Assembly: GCA_002269645.1 (NCBI GenBank)
Contig: NIVC01000531.1
Coordinates: 1-25,822, forward strand
Length of the DNA: 25,822 nt
Source: Macrostomum lignano
Taxonomy: Eukaryota
Reading direction: 5' to 3'
Shown one piece after another: positions 1 to 12,640 of this stretch (its first letter is position 1; every line of letters begins with the position of its first letter). The notes beneath the pieces are model-generated. The model had not been told where the DNA came from and made no database searches. It was given only the letters and a program-made list of their open reading frames with translations. The translations under genes were made by a program, and so were the position numbers.

Positions 1-3000
1 ACCTGCTTGTTTGAGAACGATGACCCGCTTGTTTTAAGAATGATGACCCGCTTGTTTGAGAACAATGACCTGCTTGTTTAAAGAATGATGACCGCTTGCT
101 TGAGAATGATGACCTGCTTGTTAAAGAATGATGACCCGCTTGTTTAAGAAATGATGACCCGCTTGTTTAAGAACGATGACCTGCTTGTTAAATAATGATG
201 ACCCGCTTTTTTTAAGAATGATGACCGCTTGTTTAAGAATGATGACCGCTTGTTTAAGAATGATGCCCGCTTGTTAAGAATGATGACCGCTTGTTTAGAA
301 TGATGACTGTTCGTTTGAGAATGATGACCTGCTTGTTTAAGAATGATGACCCGCTTGCTTGAGAATGATGGACCCGCTTGTTTAAGAATGATGACCTGCT
401 TGTTTGAGAACGATGACCTGCTTGTTAAAGAATGATGACCCGCTTGCTTGAGAATGATGACCTGCTTCTTAAAGAATGATGACCCGCTTGTTTGAGAATG
501 ATGACCGCTTGTTTAAGAATGATGGCCTGCTTGTTTGAGAATGATGGCCTGCTTGCTGAGAATGATGACCTGCTTGTTTGAGAATGATGACCTGCTTCTT
601 AAAGAATGATGACCGCTTGTTTGAGAATGATGACCCGCTTGTTTGAGAATGATGGCCTGCTTGTTGAGAATGATGGCCTGCTTGTTTGAGAATGATGACC
701 TGCTTTTTGAGAATGATGACCCGCTTGTTTAAGAATGATGGCCTGCTTGTTTGAGAATGATGACTGTTGTTTGAGAATGATGACCTGCTTGTTTGAGAAT
801 GATGACCTGTTTGTTTGAGAATGATGACCTGCTGTTGTTTGAGAATGATGGCCTGCTGTTTTAAGAATGATGGCCTGCTTGTTTGAGAATGATGACGCTG
901 CTTGTTTAAGAATGATGCCTGCTTGTTTGAGAATGATGACTGCTTTTGTTTGAGAATGATGACCTGCTTTTTGAGAATGATGACCTGCTTGTTTGAGAAT
1001 GATGACCTGCTTGTTTGAGAATGATGACCCGCTGCTTGTTTGAGAATGATGACCTGCTTGTTTGAGAATGATGACCCTGCTTGTTTGAGAATGATGACCT
1101 GCTTGTTTGAGAATGATGACCTGCTGCTTGTTTAAGAATGATGGCCTGCTTGTTTGAGAATGATGACCCGCTTGTTTAAGAATGATGACCCGCTTGTTTA
1201 AGAATGATGACCCGCTTGTTAAAGAATGATGACCGCTTGTTTAAGAATGATGACCGCTTGCTTGAGAATGATGGCCTGCTTGTTTGAGAATGATGACCTG
1301 CTTGTTTGAGAATGATGACCTGCTTGTTTGAGAATGATGACCCGCTTGTTTGAGAATGATGACCCGCTTGTTTGAGAACAATGACCTGCTTGTTAAAGAA
1401 TGATGCCGCTTGCTTGAGAATGATGACCTGCTTGTTAAAGAATGATGACCCGCTTGTTTAAGAATGATGACCGCTGTTGTAAGAATGATGACCTGCTTGT
1501 TTTGAAATGATGACCGCTTGTTTAAGAATGATGACCCGCTGTGTTTAAGAATGATGACCTGCTTGTTTAAAGAATGATGCCCTTGTTTAAGAATGATGAC
1601 CCGCTGTTTAAGAATGATGACGTGCTTCGTTTGAGAATGATGACCGCTGTTTTAAGAATGATGACCGCTTGCTTGAGAATGATGACCCGCTTGTTTGAGA
1701 ATGATGACCTGCTTGTTTGAGAACGATGACCTGCTTGTTTAAAGAATGATGACCGCTTGCTTGAGAATGATGACCTGCTTCTTTAAGAATGATGACCCGC
1801 TTGTTTGAGAATGATGACCGCTTGTTTAAGAATGATGGCCTGCTTGTTTGAGAATGATGGCCTTGCTTGAGAATGATGACCTGCTTGTTTGAGAATGATG
1901 ACCTGCTTCTAAAGAATGATGACCCGTTGTTTGAGAATGATGACCGCTTGTTTGAGAATGATGGCCTGCTTGTTTTGAGAATGATGCCTCGCTTGTTTGA
2001 GAATGATGACCTGCTTTTTTGAGAATGATGACCCGCTTGTTTAAGAATGATGGCCTGCTTGTTTGAGAATGATGACCTGCTTGTTTGAGAATGATGACCT
2101 GCTTGTTTGAGAATGATGACCTGCTTGTTTGAGAATGATGACCTGCTTGTTTGAGAATGATGACCTGCTTGTTTAAGAATGATGGCCTGCTTGTTGAGAA
2201 TGATGACCCGCTTGTTTAAGAATGATGCCTGCTTGTTTGAGAATGATGACCGCTGCTTGTTTGAGAATGATGACCTGCTTGTTTGAGAATGATGACCTGC
2301 TTGTTTGAGAATGGACCTGCTTATTTTGAAATGATGACCCGCTGCTTGTTTGAGAATGATGACCTGCTTGTTTGAGAATGATGACCTGCTTGTTTGAGAA
2401 TGATGACCTGCTTGTTTGAGAATGATGACCTGCTGCTTGTTTAAGAATGATGCCTGCTTGTTTGAGAATGATGACCCGCTTGTTTAAGAATGATGACCCG
2501 CTTGTTTAAGAACGATGACCTGCTTGTTAAGAATGATGACCCGCTTGTTTAAGAATGATGACCTGCTTGTTGAGAATGATGACCTGCTTGTTTAGAATGA
2601 TGACCTGCTTGTTTGAGAATGATGACCTGCTTGTTTGAGAATGATGACCCGCTTGTTTGAGAATGATGACCTGCTTGTTTGAGAATGATGACCCGCTTGT
2701 TTGAGAATGATGACCTGCTTGTTAAAGAATGATGACCCGCTTGTTGAGAATGATGACCTGCTTGTTAAAGAATGATGACCCGCTTGTTTAGAATGATGAC
2801 CCGCTTGTTTAGAACGATGACCTGCTTGTTAAAGAATGATGACCCGCTTGTTTGAGAATGATGACCTGCTTGTTTGAGAACGATGACCTGCTTGTTTGAG
2901 AATGATGACCCGCTTGTTTGAGAATGATGACCTGCTTGTTAAAGAATGATGACCGCTTGTTTAGAATGATGACCCGCTTGTTTAGAATGATGACCTGCTT

Positions 3001-6000
3001 GTTAAGAATGATGACCCGCTTGTTTAGAATGATGACCTGCTTGTTTGAGAATGATGACCTGCTGCTTGTTTGAGAATGATGACCCGCTTGTTTGAGAATG
3101 ATGACCTGCTTGTTTGAGAATGATGACCCGCTTGTTTGAGAATGATGACCTGCTTGTTTGAGAATGATGACCTGCTTGTTTAAGAATGATGACCTGCTTG
3201 TTTGAGAATGATGACCTGCTTGTTTAAGAATGATGGCCTGCTTGTTTGAGAATGATGACCTGCTTGTTTGAGAATGATGACCTGCTTGTTTGAGAATGAT
3301 GACCTGCTTGTTTGAGAATGATGACCTGCTTGTTTGAGAATGATGACCTGCTTGTTTGAGAATGATGACCTGCTTGTTTGAGAATGATGACCTGCTTGTT
3401 TGAGAATGATGACCTGCTTGTTTGAGAATGATGACCTGCTTTGTTTGAGAATGATGACCTGCTTGTTTGAGAATGATGACCTGCTTGTTTGAGAATGATG
3501 ACCTGCTTGTTTAAGAATGATGACCTGCTTGTTTGAGAATGATGACCCGCTTGTTTAAGAATGATGACCCGCTTGTTTAAGAATGATGACCTGCTTGTTT
3601 AAGAATGATGACCCGCTTGTTTAAGAATGATGACCTGCTTGTTTGAGAATGATGACCTGCTTGTTTGAGAATGATGACCCGCTTGTTTGAGAATGATGAC
3701 CTGCTTGTTTGAGAATGATGACCCGCTTGTTTGAGAATGATGACCTGCTTGTTAAAGAATGATGACCCGCTTGTTTAAGAATGATGACCCGCTTGTTTGA
3801 GAATGATGACCTGCTTGTTAAAGAATGATGACCCGCTTGTTTAAGAATGATGACCCGCTTGTTTAAGAATGATGACCTGCTTGTTAAGAATGATGACCCG
3901 CTTGTTTAAGAATGATGACCCGCTTGTTTAAGAATGATGACCTGCTTGTTTAAGAATGATGACCCGCTTGTTTAAGAATGATGACCGCTTGTTTAGAATG
4001 ATGACCCGCTTGTTTGAGAATGATGACCCGCTTGTTTGAGAATGATGACCTGCTTGTTTGAGAATGATGACCGCTTGTTTGAGAATGATGACCTGCTTGT
4101 TAAAGAATGATGACCCGCTTGTTTGAGAATGATGACCTGCTTGTTTAAAGAATGATGACCTGCTTGTTTGAGAATGATGACCTGCTTGTTGAGAATGATG
4201 ACCTGCTTGTTTGAGAATGATGACCTGCTTGTTGAAGAATGATGACCTGCTTGTTTGAGAATGATGACCTGCTTGTTTGAGAATGATGACCTGCTTGTTT
4301 GAGAATGATGACCTGCTTGTTTGAGAATGATGACCTGCTTGTTTGAGAATGATGACCCGCTTGTTTGAGAATGATGACCTGCTTGTTTGAGAATGATGAC
4401 CTGCTTGTTTGAGAATGATGACCTGCTTGTTTGAGAATGATGACCTGCTTGTTTGAGAATGATGACCTGCTTGTTTGAGAATGATGACCTGCTTGTTTGA
4501 GAATGATGACCTGCTTGTTTGAGAATGATGACCTGCTTGTTTAAGAATGATGGCCTGCTTGTTTGAGAATGATGACCTGCTTGTTTGAGAATGATGCCTG
4601 CTTGTTTGAGAATGATGACCTGCTTGTTTGAGAATGATGACCTGCTTGTTTGAGAATGATGACCTGCTTGTTTGAGAATGATGACCTGCTTGTTTGAGAA
4701 TGATGACCTGCTTGTTTGAGAATGATGACCTGCTTGTTTGAGAATGATGACCTGCTTGTTTGAGAATGATGACCTGCTTGTTTGAGAATGATGACCTGCT
4801 TGTTTAAGAATGATGACCTGCTTGTTTGAGAATGATGACCTGCTTGTTTAAGAATGATGACCCGCTTGTTTAAGAATGATGACCTGCTTGTTAGAATGAT
4901 GACCCGCTTGTTTAAGAATGATGACCTGCTTGTTTGAGAATGATGACCTGCTTGTTTGAGAATGATGACCCGCTTGTTTGAGAATGATGACCTGCTTGTT
5001 TGAGAATGATGACCTGCTTGTTTGAGAATGATGACCTGCTTGTTTAAGAATGATGACCCGCTTGTTTGAGAATGATGACCTGCTTGTTAAGAATGATGAC
5101 CCGCTTGTTGAGAATGATGACCTGCTTGTTAAGAATGATGACCCGCTTGTTTAAGAATGATGACCTGCTTGTTAAGAATGATGACCTGCTTGTTTGAGAA
5201 TGATGACCTGCTTGTTTGAGAATGATGACCCGCTTGTTTGAGAATGATGACCTGCTTGTTTGAGAATGATGACCCGCTTGTTTGAGAATGATGACCTGCT
5301 TGTTAAAGAATGATGACCCGCTTGTTGAGAATGATGACCCGCTTGTTTAAGAATGATGACCTGCTTGTTTGAGAATGATGACCCGCTTGTTTGAGAATGA
5401 TGACCTGCTTGTTTGAGAATGATGACCTGCTTGTTTGAGAATGATGACCTGCTTGTTTGAGAATGATGACCTGCTTGTTTGAGAATGATGACCCGCTTGT
5501 TGAGAATGATGACCTGCTTGTTTGAGAATGATGACCTGCTTGTTTAAGAATGATGACCTGCTTGTTTGAGAATGATGACCTGCTTGTTTAAGAATGATGA
5601 CCTGCTTGTTTGAGAATGATGACCTGCTTGTTTGAGAATGATGACCTGCTTGTTTGAGAATGATGACCTGCTTGTTTGAGAATGATGACCTGCTTGTTTG
5701 AGAATGATGACCTGCTTGTTTGAGAATGATGACCTGCTTGTTTGAGAATGATGACCTGCTTGTTTGAGAATGATGACCTGCTTGTTTGAGAATGATGACC
5801 TGCTTGTTTAGAATGATGACCTGCTTGTTTGAGAATGATGACCTGCTTGTTTAAGAATGATGACCTGCTTGTTTAAGAATGATGACCCGCTTGTTTAAGA
5901 ACGATGACCTGCTTGTTTAAGAATGATGACCCGCTTGTTTAAGAATGATGACCCGCTTGTTTGAGAATGATGACCTGCTTGTTTGAGAATGATGACCTGC

Positions 6001-9000
6001 TTGTTTGAGAATGATGACCTGCTTGTTTGAGAATGATGACCCGCTTGTTTGAGAATGATGACCTGCTTGTTTGAGAATGATGACCCGCTTGTTTGAGAAT
6101 GATGACCTGCTTGTTAAAGAATGATGACCCGCTTGTTTGAGAATGATGACCTGCTTGTTAGAATGATGACCCGCTTGTTTGAGAATGATGACCTGCTTGT
6201 TTAAGAATGATGACCCGCTTGTTTGAGAATGATGACCTGCTTGTTTAGAATGATGACCCGCTTGTTTGAGAATGATGACCTGCTTGTTAAAGAATGATGA
6301 CCCGCTTGTTTGAGAATGATGACCTGCTTGTTAAAGAATGATGACCCGCTTGTTTAGAATGATGACCCGCTTGTTTGAAGAATGATGACCTGCTTGTTTG
6401 AGAATGATGACCCGCTTGTTTGAGAATGATGACCTGCTTGTTTGAGAATGATGACCTGCTTGTTTGAGAATGATGACCTGCTTGTTTGAGAATGATGACC
6501 TGCTGCTTGTTTGAGAATGATGACCTGCTTGTTTGAGAATGATGACCTGCTTGTTTGAGAATGATGACCTGCTTGTTTAAGAATGATGACCTGCTTGTTT
6601 GAGAATGATGACCTGCTTGTTTAAGAATGATGACCTGCTTGTTTGAGAATGATGACCTGCTTGTTTGAGAATGATGACCTGCTTGTTTGAGAATGATGAC
6701 CTGCTTGTTTGAGAATGATGACCTGCTTGTTTGAGAATGATGACCTGCTTGTTTGAGAATGATGACCTGCTTGTTTGAGAATGATGACCTGCTTGTTTGA
6801 GAATGATGACCTGCTTGTTTGAGAATGATGACCTGCTTGTTTAAGAATGATGACCTGCTTGTTTGAGAATGATGACCTGCTTGTTTAAGAATGATGACCC
6901 GCTTGTTTAAGAATGATGACCTGCTTGTTAGAATGATGACCGCTTGTTTAAGAATGATGACCTGCTTGTTGAGAATGATGACCTGCTTGTTTGAGAATGA
7001 TGACCTGCTTGTTTGAGAATGATGACCTGCTTGTTTGAGAATGATGACCCGCTTGTTTGAGAATGATGACCTGCTTGTTAAAGAATGATGACCCGCTTGT
7101 TTGAGAATGATGACCTGCTTGTTAAAGAATGATGACCCGCTTGTTGAGAATGATGACCTGCTTGTTAAAGAATGATGACCCGCTTGTTTGAGAATGATGA
7201 CCTGCTTGTTTAAGAATGATGACCTGCTTGTTTGAGAATGATGACCTGCTTGTTTGAGAATGATGACCCGCTTGTTTGAGAATGATGACCTGCTTGTTAA
7301 AGAATGATGACCCGCTTGTTGAGAATGATGACCTGCTTGTTAAAGAATGATGACCCGCTTGTTTGAGAATGATGACCCGCTTGTTTAAGAATGATGACCT
7401 GCTTGTTTGAGAATGATGACCCGCTTGCTTGAGAATGATGACCTGCTTGTTTGAGAATGATGACCTGCTTGTTTGAGAATGATGACCTGCTTGTTTGAGA
7501 ATGATGACCTGCTTGTTTGAGAATGATGACCTGCTTGTTTGAGAATGATGACCTGCTTGTTTGAGAATGATGACCTGCTTGTTTAAGAATGATGACCTGC
7601 TTGTTTGAGAATGATGACCTGCTTGTTTGAGAATGATGACCTGCTTGTTTGAGAATGATGACCTGCTTGTTTGAGAATGATGACCTGCTTGTTTGAGAAT
7701 GATGACCTGCTTGTTTGAGAATGATGACCTGCTTGTTTGAGAATGATGACCTGCTTGTTTGAGAATGATGACCTGCTTGTTTGAGAATGATGACCTGCTT
7801 GTTTGAGAATGATGACCTGCTTGTTTGAGAATGATGACCTGCTTGTTTAAGAATGATGACCTGCTTGTTTGAGAATGATGACCCGCTTGTTTAAGAATGA
7901 TGACCTGCTTGTTAAGAATGATGACCCGCTTGTTTAAGAATGATGACCCGCTTGTTGAGAATGATGACCCGCTTGTTTGAGAATGATGACCTGCTTGTTT
8001 GAGAATGATGACCTGCTTGTTTGAGAATGATGACCTGCTTGTTTGAGAATGATGACCTGCTTGTTTGAGAATGATGACCCGCTTGTTTGAGAATGATGAC
8101 CTGCTTGTTAAAGAATGATGACCCGCTTGTTTGAGAATGATGACCTGCTTGTTAAAGAATGATGACCCGCTTGTTTAAGAATGATGACCTGCTTGTTTAA
8201 GAATGATGACCCGCTTGTTTAGAATGATGACCTGCTTGTTTGAGAATGATGACCCGCTTGTTTGAGAATGATGACTGCTTGTTAAAGAATGATGACCCGC
8301 TTGTTTGAGAATGATGACCTGCTTGTTAAAGAATGATGACCCGCTTGTTTAAGAATGATGACCCGCTTGTTTAAGAATGATGACCTGCTTGTTTGAGAAT
8401 GATGACCCGCTTGTTTGAGAATGATGACCTGCTTGTTTGAGAATGATGACCTGCTTGTTTGAGAATGATGACCTGCTTGTTTGAGAATGATGACCTGCTT
8501 GTTTGAGAATGATGACCCGCTTGTTGAGAATGATGACCTGCTGCTTGTTTGAGAATGATGGCCTGCTTGTTTAAGAATGATGGCCTGCTTGTTTGAGAAT
8601 GATGACCTGCTTGTTTAAGAATGATGGCCTGCTTGTTTGAGAATGATGACCTGCTTGTTTGAGAATGATGACCTGCTTGTTTGAGAATGATGACCTGCTT
8701 GTTTGAGAATGATGACCTGCTTGTTTGAGAATGATGACCTGCTTGTTTGAGAATGATGACCTGCTTGTTTGAGAATGATGACCTGCTTGTTTGAGAATGA
8801 TGACCTGCTTGTTTGAGAATGATGACCTGCTGCTTGTTTGAGAATGATGGCCTGCTTGTTTGAGAATGATGACCCGCTTGTTTAAGAATGATGACCTGCT
8901 TGTTTAGAATGATGACCTGCTTGTTAAAGAATGATGACCCGCTTGTTTAAGAATGATGACCTGCTTGTTGAGAATGATGACCTGCTTGTTTGAGAATGAT

Positions 9001-12000
9001 GACCTGCTTGTTTGAGAATGATGACCTGCTGCTTGTTTAGAATGATGACCTGCTTGTTTGAGAATGATGACCTGCTTGTTTAAGAATGATGACCTGCTTG
9101 TTTAAGAATGATGACCTGCTTGTTAAGAATGATGACCCGCTTGTTTAAGAATGATGACCCGCTTGCTTGAGAATGATGGCCTGCTTGTTTGAGAATGATG
9201 ACCTGCTTGTTTGAGAATGATGACCTGCTTGTTTGAGAATGATGACCCGCTTGTTTGAGAATGATGACCCGCTTGTTTGAGAACAATGACCTGCTTGTTA
9301 AATGATGACCCGCTTGCTTGAGAATGATGACCTGCTTGTTAAAGAATGATGACCCGCTTGTTTAAGAATGATGACCCGCTTGTTTAAGAACGATGACCTG
9401 CTTGTTAAATAATGATGACCCGCTTGTTTAAGAATGATGACCCGCTTGTTTAAGAATGATGACCTGCTTGTTTAAGAATGATGACCCGCTTGTTTAAGAA
9501 TGATGACCCGCTTGTTTAAGAATGATGACGCTGTTCGTTTAGAATGATGACCCGCTTGTTTAAGAATGATGACCCGCTTGTTGAGAATGATGACCCGCTT
9601 GTTTAGAATGATGACCTGCTTGTTTGAGAATGATGACCTGCTTGTTAAAGAATGATGACCCGCTTGCTTGAGAATGATGACCTGCTTGTTAAAGAATGAT
9701 GACCCGCTTGTTTGAGAATGATGACCCGCTTGTTTAAGAATGATGACCTGCTTGTTTGAGAATGATGACCTGCTTGTTGAGAATGATGACCTGCTTGTTT
9801 GAGAATGATGACCTGCTTCTTAAAGAATGATGACCCGCTTGTTTGAGAATGATGACCCGCTTGTTTGAGAATGATGGCCTGCTTGTTTGAGAATGATGGC
9901 CTGCTTGTTTGAGAATGATGACCTGCTTTTTTGAGAATGATGACCCGCTTGTTTAAGAATGATGGCCTGCTTGTTTGAGAATGATGACCTGCTTGTTTGA
10001 GAATGATGACCTGCTTGTTTGAGAATGATGACCTGCTTGTTTGAGAATGATGACCTGCTGCTTGTTTGAGAATGATGGCCTGCTTGTTTAAGAATGATGG
10101 CCTGCTTGTTTGAGAATGATGACCTGCTTGTTTAAGAATGATGGCCTGCTTGTTTGAGAATGATGACCCGCTGCTTGTTTGAGAATGATGACCTGCTTGT
10201 TTGAGAATGATGACCTGCTTGTTTGAGAATGATGACCTGCTTGTTTGAGAATGATGACCGCTGCTTGTTTGAGAATGATGACCTGCTTGTTTGAGAATGA
10301 TGACCTGCTTGTTTGAGAATGATGACCTGCTTGTTTGAGAATGATGACCTGCTGCTTGTTTAAGAATGATGGCCTGCTTGTTTGAGAATGATGACCCGCT
10401 TGTTTAAGAATGATGACCTGCTTGTTTAGAATGATGACCTGCTTGTTAAAGAATGATGACCCGCTTGTTTAAGAATGATGACCCGCTTGCTTGAGAATGA
10501 TGGCCTGCTTGTTTGAGAATGATGACCTGCTTGTTTGAGAATGATGACCTGCTTGTTTGAGAATGATGACCCGCTTGTTTGAGAATGATGACCTGCTTGT
10601 TAAAGAATGATGACCCGCTTGTTTGAGAATGATGACTGCTTGTTAAAGAATGATGACCCGCTTGTTGAGAATGATGACCTGCTTGTTAAAGAATGATGAC
10701 CCGCTTGTTTAGAATGATGACCTGCTTGTTAAGAATGATGACCTGCTTGTTTGAGAATGATGACCTGCTTGTTTGAGAATGATGACCCGCTTGTTTGAGA
10801 ACGATGAACTGCTTGTTAAAGAATGATGACCCGCTTGCTTGAGAATGATGACCTGCTTGTTAAAGAATGATGACCCGCTTGTTTAAGAATGATGACCCGC
10901 TTGTTTAAGAACGATGACCTGCTTGTTTGAGAATGATGACCCGCTTGTTTGAGAATGATGACCTGCTTGTTTGAGAATGATGACCTGCTGCTTGTTTGAG
11001 AATGATGACGTGTTCGTTTGAGAATGATGACCTGCTTGTTTAAGAATGATGACCCGCTTGCTTGAGAATGATGACCTGCTTGTTTGAGAATGATGGCCTG
11101 CTTGTTTGAGAATGATGACCTGCTTGTTTGAGAATAATGGCCTGCTTGCTTGAGAATGATGACCTGCTTGTTTGAGAATGATGACCCGCTTGTTTGAGAA
11201 TGATGACCCGCTTGTTTAAGAATGATGGCCTGCTTGTTTGAGAATGATGACCTGCTTGTTTGAGAATGATGACCCGCTTGTTTAAGAATGATGGCCTGCT
11301 TGTTTGAGAATGATGACCTGCTTGTTTAAGAATGATGGCCTGCTTGTTTGAGAATGATGACCTGCTTGTTTGAGAATGATGACCTGCTGCTTGTTTGAGA
11401 ATGATGACCTGCTTGTTTGAGAATGATGGCCTGCTTGTTTGAGAATGATGACCTGCTTGTTTGAGAATGATGACCTGCTTGTTTGAGAATGGTGACCTGC
11501 TTGTTTGAGAATGATGACCTGCTTGTTTGAGAATGATGACCTGCTTGTTTGAGAATGATGACCTGCTTGTTTGAGAATGGTGACCTGCTTGTTTGAGAAT
11601 GATGGCCTGCTTGTTTGAGAATGATGACCCGCTTGTTTAAGAATGATGACCCGCTTGTTTGAGAACGATGACCTGCTTGTTTGAGAATGATGACCCGCTT
11701 GCTTGAGAATGATGACCTGCTTGTTAAAGAATGATGACCCGCTTGTTTAAGAATGATGACCCGCTTGTTTAAGAATGATGACCCGCTTGTTTAAGAACGA
11801 TGACCTGCTTGTTAAAGAATGATGACCCGCTTGTTTAAGAATGATGACCCGCTTGCTTGAGAATGATGGCCTGCTTGTTTGAGAATGATGACCTGCTTGT
11901 TTGAGAATGATGACCTGCTTGTTTGAGAATGATGACCTGCTTGTTTGAGAATGATGACCTGCTTGTTTGAGAATGATGACCTGCTTGTTTGAGAATGATG

Positions 12001-12376
12001 ACCTGCTTGTTTGAGAATGATGACCTGCTTGTTTGAGAATGATGACCTGCTGCTTGTTTGAGAATGATGACCCGCTTGTTTAAGAATGATGACCTGCTTG
12101 TTTGAGAATGATGACCCGCTTGCTTGAGAATGATGACCTGCTTGTTTGAGAATGATGACCTGCTTGTTTGAGAATGATGACCTGCTTGTTTGAAAATGAT
12201 GACCCGCTTGTTTGAGAATGATGACCTGCTTGTTTGAGAATGATGACCTGCTTGTTTGAAAATGATGACCCGCTTGTTTGAGAATGATGACCTGCTTGTT
12301 TGAGAATGATGACCTGCTTGTTTGAGAATGATGACCTGCTTGTTTGAGAATGATGACCTGCTTGTTTGAGAATGAT
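1..12376. repeat. 22-bp tandem satellite, ~560 copies, consensus GAATGATGACCTGCTTGTTTGA; continues beyond the left edge of the window
   Basis: Directly visible head-to-tail repeat. Common variants are GACCT/GACCC, TTTGAGA/TTTAAGA/TTAAAGA, GATGGCC and a 25-bp unit with a GCT duplication. No unique spacers. Ends at ...GAGAATGAT|CTGCTCGG (12376). Confidence 0.98.
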
Positions 12377-12379
12377 CTG

Positions 12380-12640
12380 CTCGGCATCAGCCAACATGCA
12401 GGCAGTCGACGGTAGGGTGTCTGCAGCGTGAGCGGCAGCACTTGCGCCGGCTGCGGACAGTAGGATTCGACTGCCTGCTCGATGAGGATGATGTTACCTG
12501 CCAGCTGGAGTCGCCGACGGCGCAACAGTTCACTGGGACGGGACAGGCCGGTGCGGCGATAGAGGGCCGCGTTGGTGACTCACTCGTAGCCGATCTTGAA
12601 GGCGGCGCGCAGCAGGGCCAGCGTGGCCCCCATGGCACTT
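12380..12640 (-). pseudogene. Decayed fragment of an RTE-clade non-LTR retrotransposon ORF (C-terminal region downstream of the RT domain)
   Basis: Minus strand reads LLRAAFKIGYE*VTNAALYRRTGLSRPSELLRRRRLQLAGNII...LPLTLQTPYRR, then frameshifted TVDCL/LADA. This matches the RTE pattern (V+N..LY......S..+R.RRL.+AGH+.R ...VD.L..D). It has an in-frame stop and indels, and is GC-rich relative to its flanks. Confidence 0.6.

Noticed and set aside
1-2500. Higher apparent monomer divergence at the left end as an evolutionary gradient
   Set aside because: The differences are mostly 1-nt indels on the same HOR that appears cleaner at 9.2-10.5 kb, so they are more likely low-coverage long-read error.
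1-12376. CRISPR array
   Set aside because: Units are head-to-tail with no unique spacers, there are no cas genes, and the context is eukaryotic.
1-12376. Tandem C/D-box snoRNA array (ATGATGA = box C in every unit)
   Set aside because: No CTGA box D or terminal stems, and the units are far too short.
1-12376. Satellite variant TTTAAGAA as a decoy for the element CTTAAGAA box
   Set aside because: It lacks the 5' C, arises by one transition from the consensus, and nothing links it to the element.
9080-12525. Minus-strand ORFs encoding SFSNKQVIILKQAGHHSQTSRS repeats, including read-through from the RTE fragment
   Set aside because: A by-product of a 22-bp unit with no stop on one strand (chance about (61/64)^22, ~0.35). 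The frames are repeatedly broken by common variants.
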